DNA of 51,299 nucleotides from a virus (Duplodnaviria; Heunggongvirae; Uroviricota; Caudoviricetes): IMG/VR virus record IMGVR_UViG_641522650_000003; one strand, 5' to 3'. Shown piece by piece: positions 31,335 to 41,296 of this stretch (position 1 is its first letter; each line of letters starts with the position of its first letter). The notes under the pieces were generated by a model. It saw only the letters and a program-made list of their open reading frames with translations, ran no database searches and was not told where the DNA came from. The position numbers and the translations under genes were made by a program.

Positions 31335-32033
31335 TTACTGCGAAAGTTTATTAATGGAAAGGAAACCGCCAAAATTGCCGACATTCCTGCGCAGTTCACA
31401 CCCGCGCATGCACTTGCTGCATCTGTCCTTACGGATATCCGTGGTGGGTTTATCGAACTCATCCGCCACAGCCCCGCCCGTGTAACCACACTCATCAGAG
31501 CGGTAGGTCCACATACAGGTGTTCGCCAGCATGATACGATCGGGAAACAGCGCCCCGTCCGTCTCGGTCGGTGTAGCCAGCACAAACGAGGCCGTCATGG
31601 CTGTCAGCTGCGACATCTGCTCCACCACCCAGCGGTCACTCAGCTCCTGCTCCGGGTCCGCCTCCGGATTGCCCGCAACGAAATTCACCGCATCCAGAAA
31701 ACGGGCATACACCCGGCGGCGGACCACCGTGGCCCCCACCAGACTCTGCAGGTCTTCCGCCATCCCGGTGACCAGACCGAACAGATTGGACACCGTCAGC
31801 GACGGTCTGGCACTGCTGCCCCGGCCGTTCATCTCAAAGCCGCTGCCGTCAATCGGGTATGCCTCATACTTACGCCCCTGCCAGGTGACCGGCTCCCCTT
31901 TTTCATTCAGCTCATTACAGAAAAAATACCGCTCACCACCCTGCACCGTCAGGTCGATTTCCCAGAGTACCACCCGCGGTGACTGCTCTGACTTAACCGA
32001 CTCGTTCAGCCTTTCTTCGCGAATATCCTGCAT
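31335..32033 (-). CDS. L: Minor tail protein L
   Basis: 232-aa ORF, lambda L-like. Confidence 0.9.
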   Translation of the reverse strand: MQDIREERLNESVKSEQSPRVVLWEIDLTVQGGERYFFCNELNEKGEPVTWQGRKYEAYPIDGSGFEMNGRGSSARPSLTVSNLFGLVTGMAEDLQSLVGATVVRRRVYARFLDAVNFVAGNPEADPEQELSDRWVVEQMSQLTAMTASFVLATPTETDGALFPDRIMLANTCMWTYRSDECGYTGGAVADEFDKPTTDIRKDRCSKCMRGCELRRNVGNFGGFLSINKLSQ

Positions 32034-32362
32034 CAGTTCACCACCTGCTTAAACTCCGCGCTGAACTCAACGCGCAACATCCCGACCCGCGCAGACCACC
32101 CGGCACAGGTCACCTTTATCTGCCGGTATGCATAAGGCGGTGTCCACAGAAACGCCTTCCAGCCACCGTGCTCTGCCAGGAATTCCTCCAGATGCCGGGC
32201 TTCCTCCCGGGTCACGGAAAGCGTCACCCGGTATGTTTTCAGGTCAGCACTCAGCCCTGCCGCCATACGCTGCGAATAGCCGTCACCAAAACGCACTTCA
32301 CGCACCGATGGCCGCGAGTTCACCTCCATATCCGGTTTCACTTTCCAGCGAAAGGTTTTCAT
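32033..32362 (-). CDS. M: Minor tail protein M
   Basis: 109-aa ORF, lambda M-like. Confidence 0.9.
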   Translation of the reverse strand: MKTFRWKVKPDMEVNSRPSVREVRFGDGYSQRMAAGLSADLKTYRVTLSVTREEARHLEEFLAEHGGWKAFLWTPPYAYRQIKVTCAGWSARVGMLRVEFSAEFKQVVN

Positions 32363-34971
32363 CGCCCGCTCCCCGATAACAGACCGCCATCACGCAACTG
32401 CAGCCGGAGCTCATCCTGCGCACCTTTACGGGCCATCTCATACACCGCTTTCATCAGCTGCGGCCCTGCCTGCCCGTTGGGGCCGTCGTTCTGAATCACC
32501 ACGTGATTGTTCTGATTAAAATTAATGCCTTCGGCCCGCCGCATCTGCGCCGGACTTCCGGCACCGCCGACATAACCACCTTCCGCATACCCGCGCATCA
32601 GACGATACAGGTTGCCGACACCAATCCGGCTGGTCGCCTCCTTCGTGAAGACAAACTCCCCGCGATGGACAATCCCCGCAGGCTCATATTTGCCGCCCGT
32701 CCCCGTAAATCCTCCGGTCGCGAAATGGAAGTTCGCCGCCGCAGCCTGAATGGCCGTCCCCGTGGAAGCGGATGCGCCACCACCGAAAGCACCACCAATG
32801 GCGCTGCCGATACGCCCGACAATCCCCACCATCGCCTGCTTCAGAAAAATCTCTGTCAGCATGGAGAGCACGGAACGGGTGAAACCACGCCAGTTCTGTT
32901 CGCTGCCGGTCAGCATCGCCGCCATATTCTGTGCAATACCGTCAAAGGTCTGCGTGGCCACACTTTTTACCTGCGAAAAACTGTCCGTCGCACTTTCCGC
33001 CCACTCGCCCCAGCCGGACTTCATCCCGGCCATCCAGCTTCCACGAAGCTGCTCCTCCGCAGACCAGGTGTTCTTCAGTGCAGATGTGGCCTTCGCCAGC
33101 GCAGCCGGATTATCACCGTACACCTCACGAAGGCGCTGCTCTTCCGACTCCCGCTGCGCCTGACGGTCGGTGAGTCCGCGGGCTTTTGCGCTGATTGCCG
33201 CCTGCTTCGCGCTCTGCTGCTGTTCAAACCGCGCCGCCTGCTGTGCCAGCTCATTCAGCCGCTTCTGGTGTTCAATCTTGTCTCCCAGCTCAGCCAGCTG
33301 GCGTTTGTACTCCAGCGTCTCTTTCTCATGAGCCAGCAGGGATTTTTCCTGCCAGGATAACTGCCGTTTCGTGGCAGCCTCTTTCAGGACCGCATACTGA
33401 CTTTCCGCCTTCCATAAATCACGGCGCTGCCGGCTGATTTTCTCATTCGCACCGCTGTGTTTTTCCAGCGTCCTGAGCTCAGCTTCAAGGGCAAGCAGAG
33501 CCTCTCTTGCCTGCTCCTCTTCCCTCTCCCCGGCAGAGCGCGTTTTCGGTGATGTATGCTTTTTACCTGTCAGCTCTTCAGCCAGACGGCTGACGGCTTC
33601 CTGCTGCCCAAGACCTTTGCTGACGCCTGTTGCACGCGAGCGGTTGATGTACCCCATTTCCCCCTGGCGTATACGCGCATCCCGTTCCGCAATGGATTTT
33701 CTCAGCGCCAGTTCATCGCGTTTTGTTTTCTCAATAAATACGCGGTTCTCTTCTGCCAGTTCACCAAACAACGCACCAACGCCGGGCACATTCTTTGTCG
33801 TTTCCCAGGCTGACTGAATAAATTCAGCCAGCGCCAGATCCCCCTGCACAAGCAGCAGCTTCACCTGTTCAACGGTTCCGGCCACCACGTCAGTGATCAG
33901 ACTGAGTGCCCCCAGTGTATGATCACCTATCCATGCCCATGCGTCAGAAGTCCAGGTTTTAACATCGTCCCAGATTTTTTCCACCGGCGTGGCCGCTTTA
34001 TCAAGTTGCTCCAGACGTGCATTCATGACATCCGCAAACAGGGACATCGCCTCCGTCACCGCAGCCTGTTTACCTTTCGTGCGCTCAAGCTCATCAATAT
34101 GGCGTAACTGGGAAACGCTCAGGAAGTTATACTGCTGATTCAGGGAGGCCAGCGCCTTCACCGGATCTGCTGCAATCCCTTCAAAGGCTTTTTCCACCTT
34201 CCCGGCATCGTCCCCCACCGTCTGCAGCCATCTCTGAGAGGTTTCCCCCATGATCCGTAGCTGCCCGGCGGTATATTTCCCGCTTTCTGCCAGACGGGCC
34301 AGATTTTCTGCCGCCTGTCTGATACCACCACCGGCTTCATCGCTGATCACCCCGGCCATTTTCCACAATTCTGCCGTTGTGGTGGCAGCCGCCCCTCCGG
34401 TCAGGATCAGTGAACGCAATAAGGCCCGGTCAGCCTGCTCTGCCTGCCAGGCGGCGGCAGCAAGCGCGGCCAGTACGGCAACCCCGCCACCTGCCGCCAC
34501 ACGGACCACCGACATAAATCGTCCCAGCTCACCGGCATTCCGGGCATTTTCAGCCAGTGCATTTGCCGTATCTGACAGCGACTCCTCTGATGATTCAGAG
34601 GCATCCCTGATCCCGAGAAGTTCCTCCTTCAGCAGGGTAAGCAGGCTGAGCGGTTCACCGAATGAATCGCTGATCTGCCCCCCCTGCTGCAGCATGATAA
34701 GGAAGGGATTCTGACCACCGGCAAGCTGAGTGACAATATCCGTGAACTGTGCGGGCAGTGTGCGCATGGCAGCCTTATACTGTCCGACTGATATCCCGGC
34801 TTTTTGTGCAGCCAGCGCCTGTCGGCTCAGCCCCTGTTCAACAGTACTGGCGGTTTTTCTGGCATCCGCCTCCAGACTGGAAAAATGACGGCGTACCCGG
34901 GCCATCTGTTCATCAAACCGGGCCGCATCCAGACTCAAATCAATAACCAGATCACCCGCTGGCTGGGACAT
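32359..34971 (-). CDS. H: Tail tape-measure protein H
   Basis: 870-aa ORF starting MSQPAGDLVIDLSLDAARFDEQMARVRRHF, lambda H-like. Confidence 0.9.
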   Translation of the reverse strand: MSQPAGDLVIDLSLDAARFDEQMARVRRHFSSLEADARKTASTVEQGLSRQALAAQKAGISVGQYKAAMRTLPAQFTDIVTQLAGGQNPFLIMLQQGGQISDSFGEPLSLLTLLKEELLGIRDASESSEESLSDTANALAENARNAGELGRFMSVVRVAAGGGVAVLAALAAAAWQAEQADRALLRSLILTGGAAATTTAELWKMAGVISDEAGGGIRQAAENLARLAESGKYTAGQLRIMGETSQRWLQTVGDDAGKVEKAFEGIAADPVKALASLNQQYNFLSVSQLRHIDELERTKGKQAAVTEAMSLFADVMNARLEQLDKAATPVEKIWDDVKTWTSDAWAWIGDHTLGALSLITDVVAGTVEQVKLLLVQGDLALAEFIQSAWETTKNVPGVGALFGELAEENRVFIEKTKRDELALRKSIAERDARIRQGEMGYINRSRATGVSKGLGQQEAVSRLAEELTGKKHTSPKTRSAGEREEEQAREALLALEAELRTLEKHSGANEKISRQRRDLWKAESQYAVLKEAATKRQLSWQEKSLLAHEKETLEYKRQLAELGDKIEHQKRLNELAQQAARFEQQQSAKQAAISAKARGLTDRQAQRESEEQRLREVYGDNPAALAKATSALKNTWSAEEQLRGSWMAGMKSGWGEWAESATDSFSQVKSVATQTFDGIAQNMAAMLTGSEQNWRGFTRSVLSMLTEIFLKQAMVGIVGRIGSAIGGAFGGGASASTGTAIQAAAANFHFATGGFTGTGGKYEPAGIVHRGEFVFTKEATSRIGVGNLYRLMRGYAEGGYVGGAGSPAQMRRAEGINFNQNNHVVIQNDGPNGQAGPQLMKAVYEMARKGAQDELRLQLRDGGLLSGSGR

Positions 34972-35365
34972 ATCTCACACCTCCGGAAATCCCCGCTGAA
35001 GCCATCATTAATGCAACATCATCCTCGCTGACATCCACCACATTCGCAGAAGGTGAAATATCGCGCCCTCCGTCCCCTCCGAACCGGACGCCTCCGGCAA
35101 CTCCTGTCGCTTTCTGCATCAGCATTTCTTCCTCGTCCGGCATCTCCGTCTGCTCTTCCTCACACGCTGGAGCAAGCAGACTGAAATCCGCCGGATGCAT
35201 ATCCGGATCGCCAAAAAACAGGCTGAGTACGGCGTACATCAGCCCGGAAAAATGAGCGTCCAGTTGGGTATCCTGAAAATAATGCGTGCAGTAAAAACGT
35301 CGCCAGTCGGCATATTCGGTGGATGTCATCCCGGCAAGCATGGCGCGCCAGTCGGGTCTCCCCAT
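34952..35365 (-). CDS. T: Tail assembly chaperone T-domain ORF (frame relation to G is non-canonical)
   Basis: 137-aa ORF with acidic C-terminal half, ending at the H start. It lies +1 relative to the G-like frame. Confidence 0.6.
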   Translation of the reverse strand: MGRPDWRAMLAGMTSTEYADWRRFYCTHYFQDTQLDAHFSGLMYAVLSLFFGDPDMHPADFSLLAPACEEEQTEMPDEEEMLMQKATGVAGGVRFGGDGGRDISPSANVVDVSEDDVALMMASAGISGGVRYVPASG

Positions 35366-35783
35366 CTCTCGCGCCAGTTTCAGGACAAGTTACCGGCTCA
35401 GTCGCTTCTGCTTTCCCGGTTTGTTCAGGATCGGCATCGTGCCGGTTATCCAGCATACCTGAAAGATAAAGCACCCGGTTCGTTGCCTGATTCAGTGCAT
35501 CAGCAGGCCATCCCAGCATCACTTCACGGCGGATCTGCTGCATCTCTGTCTCCGGAGAGGCCAGAGTGCCTTTGAGGGAATGGGTATGCCATAGCGACAT
35601 CGCCACAAGCAGGGATGCCGTTTCCAGATATCGCTGGTTAATGTGCACGACATCATGCTTCGTTGTCTCCTGTTGTTCTGCGTCTGAAACAAACTTTATA
35701 TAATCAAACCGCTGCAGCGCAGACAATTCGGAAAGCGTGACAGACACACCGTTATATTCAAATTGTTCTGTTTTCAGAAACAT
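35160..35783 (-). CDS. G: Tail assembly chaperone G-like ORF (extended; true 3' end uncertain)
   Basis: Starts MFLKTEQFEYNGVSVTLSELSALQR (lambda G-like); contains GGGAAAG at about 35414-35420 but continues ~80 codons beyond it with Arg-rich, low-quality sequence. Confidence 0.55.
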   Translation of the reverse strand: MFLKTEQFEYNGVSVTLSELSALQRFDYIKFVSDAEQQETTKHDVVHINQRYLETASLLVAMSLWHTHSLKGTLASPETEMQQIRREVMLGWPADALNQATNRVLYLSGMLDNRHDADPEQTGKAEATEPVTCPETGARDGETRLARHACRDDIHRICRLATFLLHALFSGYPTGRSFFRADVRRTQPVFWRSGYASGGFQSACSSV

Positions 35784-35796
35784 GTATTACCTCCGT

Positions 35797-36549
35797 TTAC
35801 CCTGCAGCGCCCGCGTCAGTAACGGTGACTTCAGCCACTGCGGCGAACTGACCATTTCCGCTCACCACAAGGATCTGCACCTTACCTGTCGCCACGCCGT
35901 TTACCGTAATTGTCATATCTTTCACACTAATGGTGGCTTTCGACGGATCGGCGGAAACCGCTCTGAACGTCTTGTCGGTTGCACTTTCCGGCTCAAAAGA
36001 AACCGTCAGGGTGGTTGTTTTCCCTTTTGCCACCGTACCGGATGTCGGCGTCACCTTAATCGCACTGACCGGCGTAATTTTGCTGCGTTCTTCCGCTACA
36101 GAAGGTTTACCCACGTTAGTGACTTTCACCGTGCGGGTGATCACTTCTTTCGCCGTCACGGCCTTACCGATACTGCTGACCCAGCCACGAAACACATTCA
36201 CCGTGCCATTCGGAAAACGGATTTTATAGGCCCGGACATCGCCGCTTTCAAACCAGCCTATAAGCCCTTTCTGGCCTTCCTCTCCCGGTTTCCAGGCCAG
36301 CGTAAAACTGGTATCACCTGCAGATTTCTGCCCCTGCCCGGTCGCGTTCCAGTCCGCGTCTTCATCATCCAGGTAGTTATCATCGTAGGATTCTGCCGTC
36401 ATCTCGCCCGGCGTCAGATCCTTCACCTTAGCCAGTCGCTGCCAGTCATCGTCTGACAACGGGTTTGCATAAGCATCACCCTTGCCGTTGTAAACCCACA
36501 GAGTGGTACCGGCACCTTTTACCGGCTCAAGGGGATTTGGTGTTGCCAT
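35797..36549 (-). CDS. V: Major tail protein V with C-terminal Ig-like domain
   Basis: 250-aa ORF, lambda V-like with Big_2-type C-terminus. Confidence 0.9.
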   Translation of the reverse strand: MATPNPLEPVKGAGTTLWVYNGKGDAYANPLSDDDWQRLAKVKDLTPGEMTAESYDDNYLDDEDADWNATGQGQKSAGDTSFTLAWKPGEEGQKGLIGWFESGDVRAYKIRFPNGTVNVFRGWVSSIGKAVTAKEVITRTVKVTNVGKPSVAEERSKITPVSAIKVTPTSGTVAKGKTTTLTVSFEPESATDKTFRAVSADPSKATISVKDMTITVNGVATGKVQILVVSGNGQFAAVAEVTVTDAGAAG

Positions 36550-36556
36550 ATCGTCC

Positions 36557-36952
36557 TCACATCTCGTATGTAATGGAATAAGTCAGATCTGCAGAACTCC
36601 ATAACGCCATATCGTCATCACGACGATACTCATAGCCCTGCGTAACCATCGTGGTAATCAGTCCTGCCAGTGCCGGGATCGCAGTCATCGCCGGGTAAAT
36701 CCGGCTTTCCATCCACTGATCAAGCTCTGAATCCGGTACCTGTGCCGGTAAAAACACCTCAATATGCAGCGTGGCCCGCCAGGTATCTGCATCCAGCTCT
36801 TCACCGGTATACTCTGCATCCGTCAGATAAACCGCGATCGCAGGAAAATCCTCTTCGTCAAAAACAACGGGGCGACCATCAAACAGCGTCGCCCCGTGTT
36901 CATGCTGCTCGAGTGCATCCAGCACTGCGGCACGAATGTCAGTGTGTTTCAT
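36557..36952 (-). CDS. U: Tail terminator protein U
   Basis: 131-aa ORF, lambda U-like. Confidence 0.85.
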   Translation of the reverse strand: MKHTDIRAAVLDALEQHEHGATLFDGRPVVFDEEDFPAIAVYLTDAEYTGEELDADTWRATLHIEVFLPAQVPDSELDQWMESRIYPAMTAIPALAGLITTMVTQGYEYRRDDDMALWSSADLTYSITYEM

Positions 36953-37524
36953 CGTTTTATCGCAATCCTCAGTTGTTGTTTCAGCGCGTATGCCAGTTCT
37001 TTAGGCAGGCGTTCACGCCGGATACGGTCAACATTCTCATCAAATGCCTGTTTCAGTGGGGCCGCCATCGGGATTTTCACCACCTGAATGGGAAGGCGAT
37101 TACGCTTTTTCCTTCCCTTGTCGTCATTGCCCTCCTCATATCTGGCCTGGGGAAGACGTTGCATAACATGCCAGCGCCCATTATTTAATCGCTGGATAAA
37201 TGCCCGCTGATAACGATGCTGACCGGCTTTGAGTATGCTGTTCGGACGACGTCCCAGCATTCTGATCCCCAACTTAATCACAGGGAGATCACCGCGGTTA
37301 ACGATAATTCTGGCATTCGGATTTCTGACCGTCGCCCGTTTCAGTCTGGACCGTTCCTTTACCAGTTTCCGTCTCACCCTGGTTTCCCGGGCAACCTGTG
37401 ACGAAGACTGATTAATCGCCGTTGTGGCCACGCGGTTAATCGTCATTGCTGAAGCCGCCGGAATGGCGTTTTTACGAACCCGGCTCAGATTATCAATCGC
37501 CTGATCAAGCCCTTTTATCGCCAT
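36949..37524 (-). CDS. Z: Tail completion protein Z
   Basis: 191-aa ORF, lambda Z-like; 4-bp overlap with U. Confidence 0.85.
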   Translation of the reverse strand: MAIKGLDQAIDNLSRVRKNAIPAASAMTINRVATTAINQSSSQVARETRVRRKLVKERSRLKRATVRNPNARIIVNRGDLPVIKLGIRMLGRRPNSILKAGQHRYQRAFIQRLNNGRWHVMQRLPQARYEEGNDDKGRKKRNRLPIQVVKIPMAAPLKQAFDENVDRIRRERLPKELAYALKQQLRIAIKR

Positions 37525-37539
37525 AATTTCACCCTGCGT

Positions 37540-37893
37540 TTATCGTCGCCGGTTAACAGCGGGTGGTTGCCCACGGTTGAGCCAGAGATAACAGCTTCCC
37601 CCGTCATCCGGAGAAATACGATCCACCCAGAACATCTCGCCGTTAATGGTCAGCGTGTCACCACGCCGCACGGCACGCACCGTATCCGTCCGCACAAATA
37701 ATGACGGGCTGCTTCCTTCAATACGGACCCCGCCACCGGCAAAACCCAGCGACTCCGGATCGTCAAAAACCCCCTGAACTTCGCTTCCACGCTGTGCTCC
37801 CGAGGTGAACTGCGCACAGAGCCCCATCACTTCAACAATCGTGCTGTCCACCCCGGCAAGGGCAGCATCAAAGGCATTCTGAAAATCACGCAT
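37540..37893 (-). CDS. FII: Head-tail connector FII
   Basis: 117-aa ORF, lambda FII-like. Confidence 0.8.
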   Translation of the reverse strand: MRDFQNAFDAALAGVDSTIVEVMGLCAQFTSGAQRGSEVQGVFDDPESLGFAGGGVRIEGSSPSLFVRTDTVRAVRRGDTLTINGEMFWVDRISPDDGGSCYLWLNRGQPPAVNRRR

Positions 37894-38269
37894 GCTCAGC
37901 CGTTCCGTGCTGTATCATGGCTGTCGCCAGTGGTGATGGCACCATAACACGCATGCCCCGGTACGTCAGTTCAACGGGACGGCCTGTCTCCGGGCAATAC
38001 CCCATCACATGCAGGCATTTCCGCACACGGACCGCTTTAACATCATCCGTAGCATCCGTGTTGTTCAACTGCTCACCATCGTCTGTGTGATTTTGATCAG
38101 CCCCGCTCTCATCAGAGTGCATAATGCCCTCCGGGGAAACAGCAAGCTCCTCTTCCCACTCAGACACACGTTGAGCAATATCCGCAGCACTCCCCGACAT
38201 ATCCGCCTCGCGCCCCAGCAGGCCAGCCAGTTGACGAAGACGATTCAGATTTTCTTCTTTTGTTGCCAT
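37886..38269 (-). CDS. FI: DNA-packaging/head assembly protein FI
   Basis: About 127 aa from MATKEENLNRLRQLAGLL...; position between E and FII. Confidence 0.65.
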   Translation of the reverse strand: MATKEENLNRLRQLAGLLGREADMSGSAADIAQRVSEWEEELAVSPEGIMHSDESGADQNHTDDGEQLNNTDATDDVKAVRVRKCLHVMGYCPETGRPVELTYRGMRVMVPSPLATAMIQHGTAEHA

Positions 38270-38320
38270 CTCAGCCTCCTGTGAAAAAAGACACGGGGGC
38301 ATTTCGCCCCCGCTCACGGA

Positions 38321-39349
38321 TTATTTCACCTGTACCACCACAAACTCATCCGGATCCGGCAGCACCATCAGCGGTGCGGACTGCGTCATGGTGAATTCAC
38401 GGGCCGGATCGCCCACAGTCAGCCAGTGTTTCGGATAACGGGAAGAGGCCACCACACCTTCGGACAACGCCTGCGCATCCTGAATGGCACCATAGCAACG
38501 AATGCCCTCTGCTGCCGTATTCCCCAGGACCAGTGTGCCCTCCGGCAGATAACGTTTTTCGGTACCGTCCTCTGCCACATAAGACGTTTTCGCCACCACA
38601 ATGGCCAGATCGCCGTAATACCCCTTGAAGGACACCACCGCCCCCAGGTCTTTCACTGCCGTTTCGAGTTGTGAATTTGAGCCGCGACGGGTATCCAGTT
38701 TTTCGCGGAACAGCTTAAAGCCATTCAGCAGACGCCAGACCGTACCGTCCATAATGGCGATATTCACAAGGCCGCTGGTCTGATCGCAGTAGAGGTCAAT
38801 ATCATGCGTCGGATCAAACGTATCACGGTCCTGCTCAGACCATTTTTTACCGTCAGCCTGCTCAATGTTATTTCCTTCAGAGCGCCCGAAATCCACCTCG
38901 ACAGTATCAAACTGATCCCCTTCCATGGTGTATTTGCCATACAGCACGGCATTCACCGCCTGCATTTCTTCCACCTGGACAATGGCGTGCTCTTCCTGTT
39001 TGAGGTTATCGGTAATGATACGCAGACGACGGTAGGCCGGGTCGTTCAGCTGAGCCGGATCTTCACCAGGAAGGCGCTCAACCGCCTGCTGGTAATTAAA
39101 TTCGTGTTTGGGCTTGACGTAGCCCGGACGTAACACGCGGGTTTCACCACCGCGATGGCGAAGCACTTTTCCTTCAACGATCGGGGAGACATAGGCCGCC
39201 ACCGGCGTTTTTCCGGTAATTTTGTCCAGCATCACCTCTTCGGTGTGGAAATTCACCGTACGGCGGAAAAACAGCTCCAGAAACAGCGCACGGAATTTCA
39301 CTTTTTGTTCGGTATAACCGAGTAACTGGCGGGTCGTAAACAATCCCAT
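38321..39349 (-). CDS. E: Major capsid protein E
   Basis: 342-aa ORF collinear with lambda gpE by recall (…PGYVKPKHE…KLDTRRGSNS…DPAREFTM.QSAPLM…). Confidence 0.9.
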   Translation of the reverse strand: MGLFTTRQLLGYTEQKVKFRALFLELFFRRTVNFHTEEVMLDKITGKTPVAAYVSPIVEGKVLRHRGGETRVLRPGYVKPKHEFNYQQAVERLPGEDPAQLNDPAYRRLRIITDNLKQEEHAIVQVEEMQAVNAVLYGKYTMEGDQFDTVEVDFGRSEGNNIEQADGKKWSEQDRDTFDPTHDIDLYCDQTSGLVNIAIMDGTVWRLLNGFKLFREKLDTRRGSNSQLETAVKDLGAVVSFKGYYGDLAIVVAKTSYVAEDGTEKRYLPEGTLVLGNTAAEGIRCYGAIQDAQALSEGVVASSRYPKHWLTVGDPAREFTMTQSAPLMVLPDPDEFVVVQVK

Positions 39350-39406
39350 AAATCAGTTCCTTTCATTAAGAAATCAGTCAGGCCAACGCGGTGGCCTGAT
39401 AACGTG

Positions 39407-39754
39407 TTACGGCAGCGCCGCGTGACTCAGGGCTGTGCCGGCAAAGGCATTTGCCTTTTTGTGTTCATCCCCACTGTCAGGCCAGCGGATTGCCTCCGTC
39501 GCAAAGGTCCCCGACTTGTAATAGGTCAGCACCGTCTCTGTGCCTTCAAGCGGCAGTACCAGTATGCCAACCGCACTACCGGCTTTCTGTCCATCCCAGA
39601 CCACCAGTTTCCCGGTGGCTTCATCCAGCATCAGGGGCGTCAGAGCCGGTGTTGCCGAGGAAATCCCGCTGCTGCCTGTGGCGGTGTGAGCCGGATCATT
39701 ACCGGCAAAAATACGTACTTCCGCACGCTGTTCAGTGATGGTTTTCGTCACCAT
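39407..39754 (-). CDS. D: Head decoration protein D
   Basis: 115-aa ORF with the gpD motifs DPAHTAT, TPLMLD and FAGTA. Confidence 0.85.
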   Translation of the reverse strand: MVTKTITEQRAEVRIFAGNDPAHTATGSSGISSATPALTPLMLDEATGKLVVWDGQKAGSAVGILVLPLEGTETVLTYYKSGTFATEAIRWPDSGDEHKKANAFAGTALSHAALP

Positions 39755-39790
39755 TTTGTTAAAACCTCATATTGATGGTCAGCACTGACT

Positions 39791-41296
39791 TCATGGCATG
39801 GCCATGAGCATTTTCACGTCCGCATCACCGTCTGCTGACGTCTGTGACACGCCACCCCGCACCGCTGCCGGTGAATGATTCGCCATGAAATGTTCAAACA
39901 GGGCGGTTGTGGATGCAGAGACCGGTTCGGCCTTACCTGATCCCGCAGCCAGCACAGCCCGGGCGTTCTCCACGGTCATTCCCGGGCAGGTCGCCAGTTT
40001 TTCAGCCTGCGCTTCTGCCCCTTTTGCCTCATCCAGGGCCATGATCTGATCACGAAGTGAGGGCCCGGCATCCGCCAGTGGTGCAGCCGCCAGGATCGGG
40101 CGGGCTTTTTCCACCGTCATCTCCGGCATCGCCGCCAGCGTTGCCGCCAGTTGTTCACGACCGTTCGCTTCTTCACACGCCATAATGCGATCGGCTTCAC
40201 TCTGCGCGGATGCCACCGGCTGCTGCGGTGCCGCCGCGGCCAGAATCGCCCGGGCCTGTTCAACGCTCATGCCCTGTTGCCCTGCCAGCATCGTGGCAAG
40301 CTGTTCACGTCCTTTCGCTTCCTGGCATGTCAGGATCCCCATCACTCGCTGGTTCTCCTGCACGGCGGCTTCCGTTGCAGTTAATTGCGGCATAGTGCCT
40401 CCTCTGACATTACTGTTCAGCGCCGTGGCCATCACACTGATGGCATCCGACGCATTGATTAATTCATCCGCCAGCCCGGCCTCAATGCCGGACTGACCTT
40501 CAAAAACAGCGGCCTCTGTTCCCGTGACTGCATCAACAGACAGACCGGTAAACATCGCCACTTTTTCGGCAAACATCCGGCGCGCCGCATCAATCCGCTG
40601 CTGCATGTCCTGGCGAACCTCTGCCGGCAACGCTTCAAACTGATTGCCATCCACCTTGTGCGCCCCTGAGTAAATCAGCGTGATATCCACACCGGCCTGC
40701 GCCAGATGACCGGCATAGCTGACATGGCTCATCATCACGCCAATGGAACCGATAAGGGATGTCTGGGTAACCAGCCGTCGGGAGCAGGCCGACGCCAGCA
40801 GCATGGCCGCAGAACAGGCCGTGTCATTACACAGTGCCCAGACCGGCTTCTGCTGCCGGAGGCGGTAAATCATGTCAGCGCAGTCAAACACGCCGGCGGC
40901 CTGCCCGCCCGGACTGTCAATGTCCAGCAGTATGCCCCGCACCTGGCTATCTGCCATTGCCTGCTGAAGACAGGTGACAATGCCGTCATAGCCAGTCATT
41001 CCGGAAAATGGCCGCATCCCCCCCAGCCGGTGCACCAGCGTGCCGGTCACCGGCAGTACCGCAATACCGTTCACCACCCGGTAAACACGGGCCGGTCGTT
41101 TACCTCCGGCCATGTACTCGTCCGTTTCAGCCAGCATCCCGGGAGCATCAAGCTGTACCTGCTGTTGCGGTACCGAAAGACTTGCTGCCCCCATCTCGCG
41201 CCCCAGCGCGCAAAAGAAAACCCGCGCATAGGCGGGCTCCAGAAGCAGCGGTTCATTGAATGCTGCTGCAATAATGTGTGAAAGATTACGTCTCAC
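39791..41296 (-). CDS. C: Head maturation protease C (S49/ClpP-like) with nested scaffold (Nu3-like) region carrying a triplicated ~30-aa motif
   Basis: 501-aa ORF with lambda C-like N-terminal two-thirds; the C-terminal third has three tandem copies of a GREQLA..M.VE.AR.ILAAA motif. Confidence 0.85.
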   Translation of the reverse strand: MRRNLSHIIAAAFNEPLLLEPAYARVFFCALGREMGAASLSVPQQQVQLDAPGMLAETDEYMAGGKRPARVYRVVNGIAVLPVTGTLVHRLGGMRPFSGMTGYDGIVTCLQQAMADSQVRGILLDIDSPGGQAAGVFDCADMIYRLRQQKPVWALCNDTACSAAMLLASACSRRLVTQTSLIGSIGVMMSHVSYAGHLAQAGVDITLIYSGAHKVDGNQFEALPAEVRQDMQQRIDAARRMFAEKVAMFTGLSVDAVTGTEAAVFEGQSGIEAGLADELINASDAISVMATALNSNVRGGTMPQLTATEAAVQENQRVMGILTCQEAKGREQLATMLAGQQGMSVEQARAILAAAAPQQPVASAQSEADRIMACEEANGREQLAATLAAMPEMTVEKARPILAAAPLADAGPSLRDQIMALDEAKGAEAQAEKLATCPGMTVENARAVLAAGSGKAEPVSASTTALFEHFMANHSPAAVRGGVSQTSADGDADVKMLMAMP

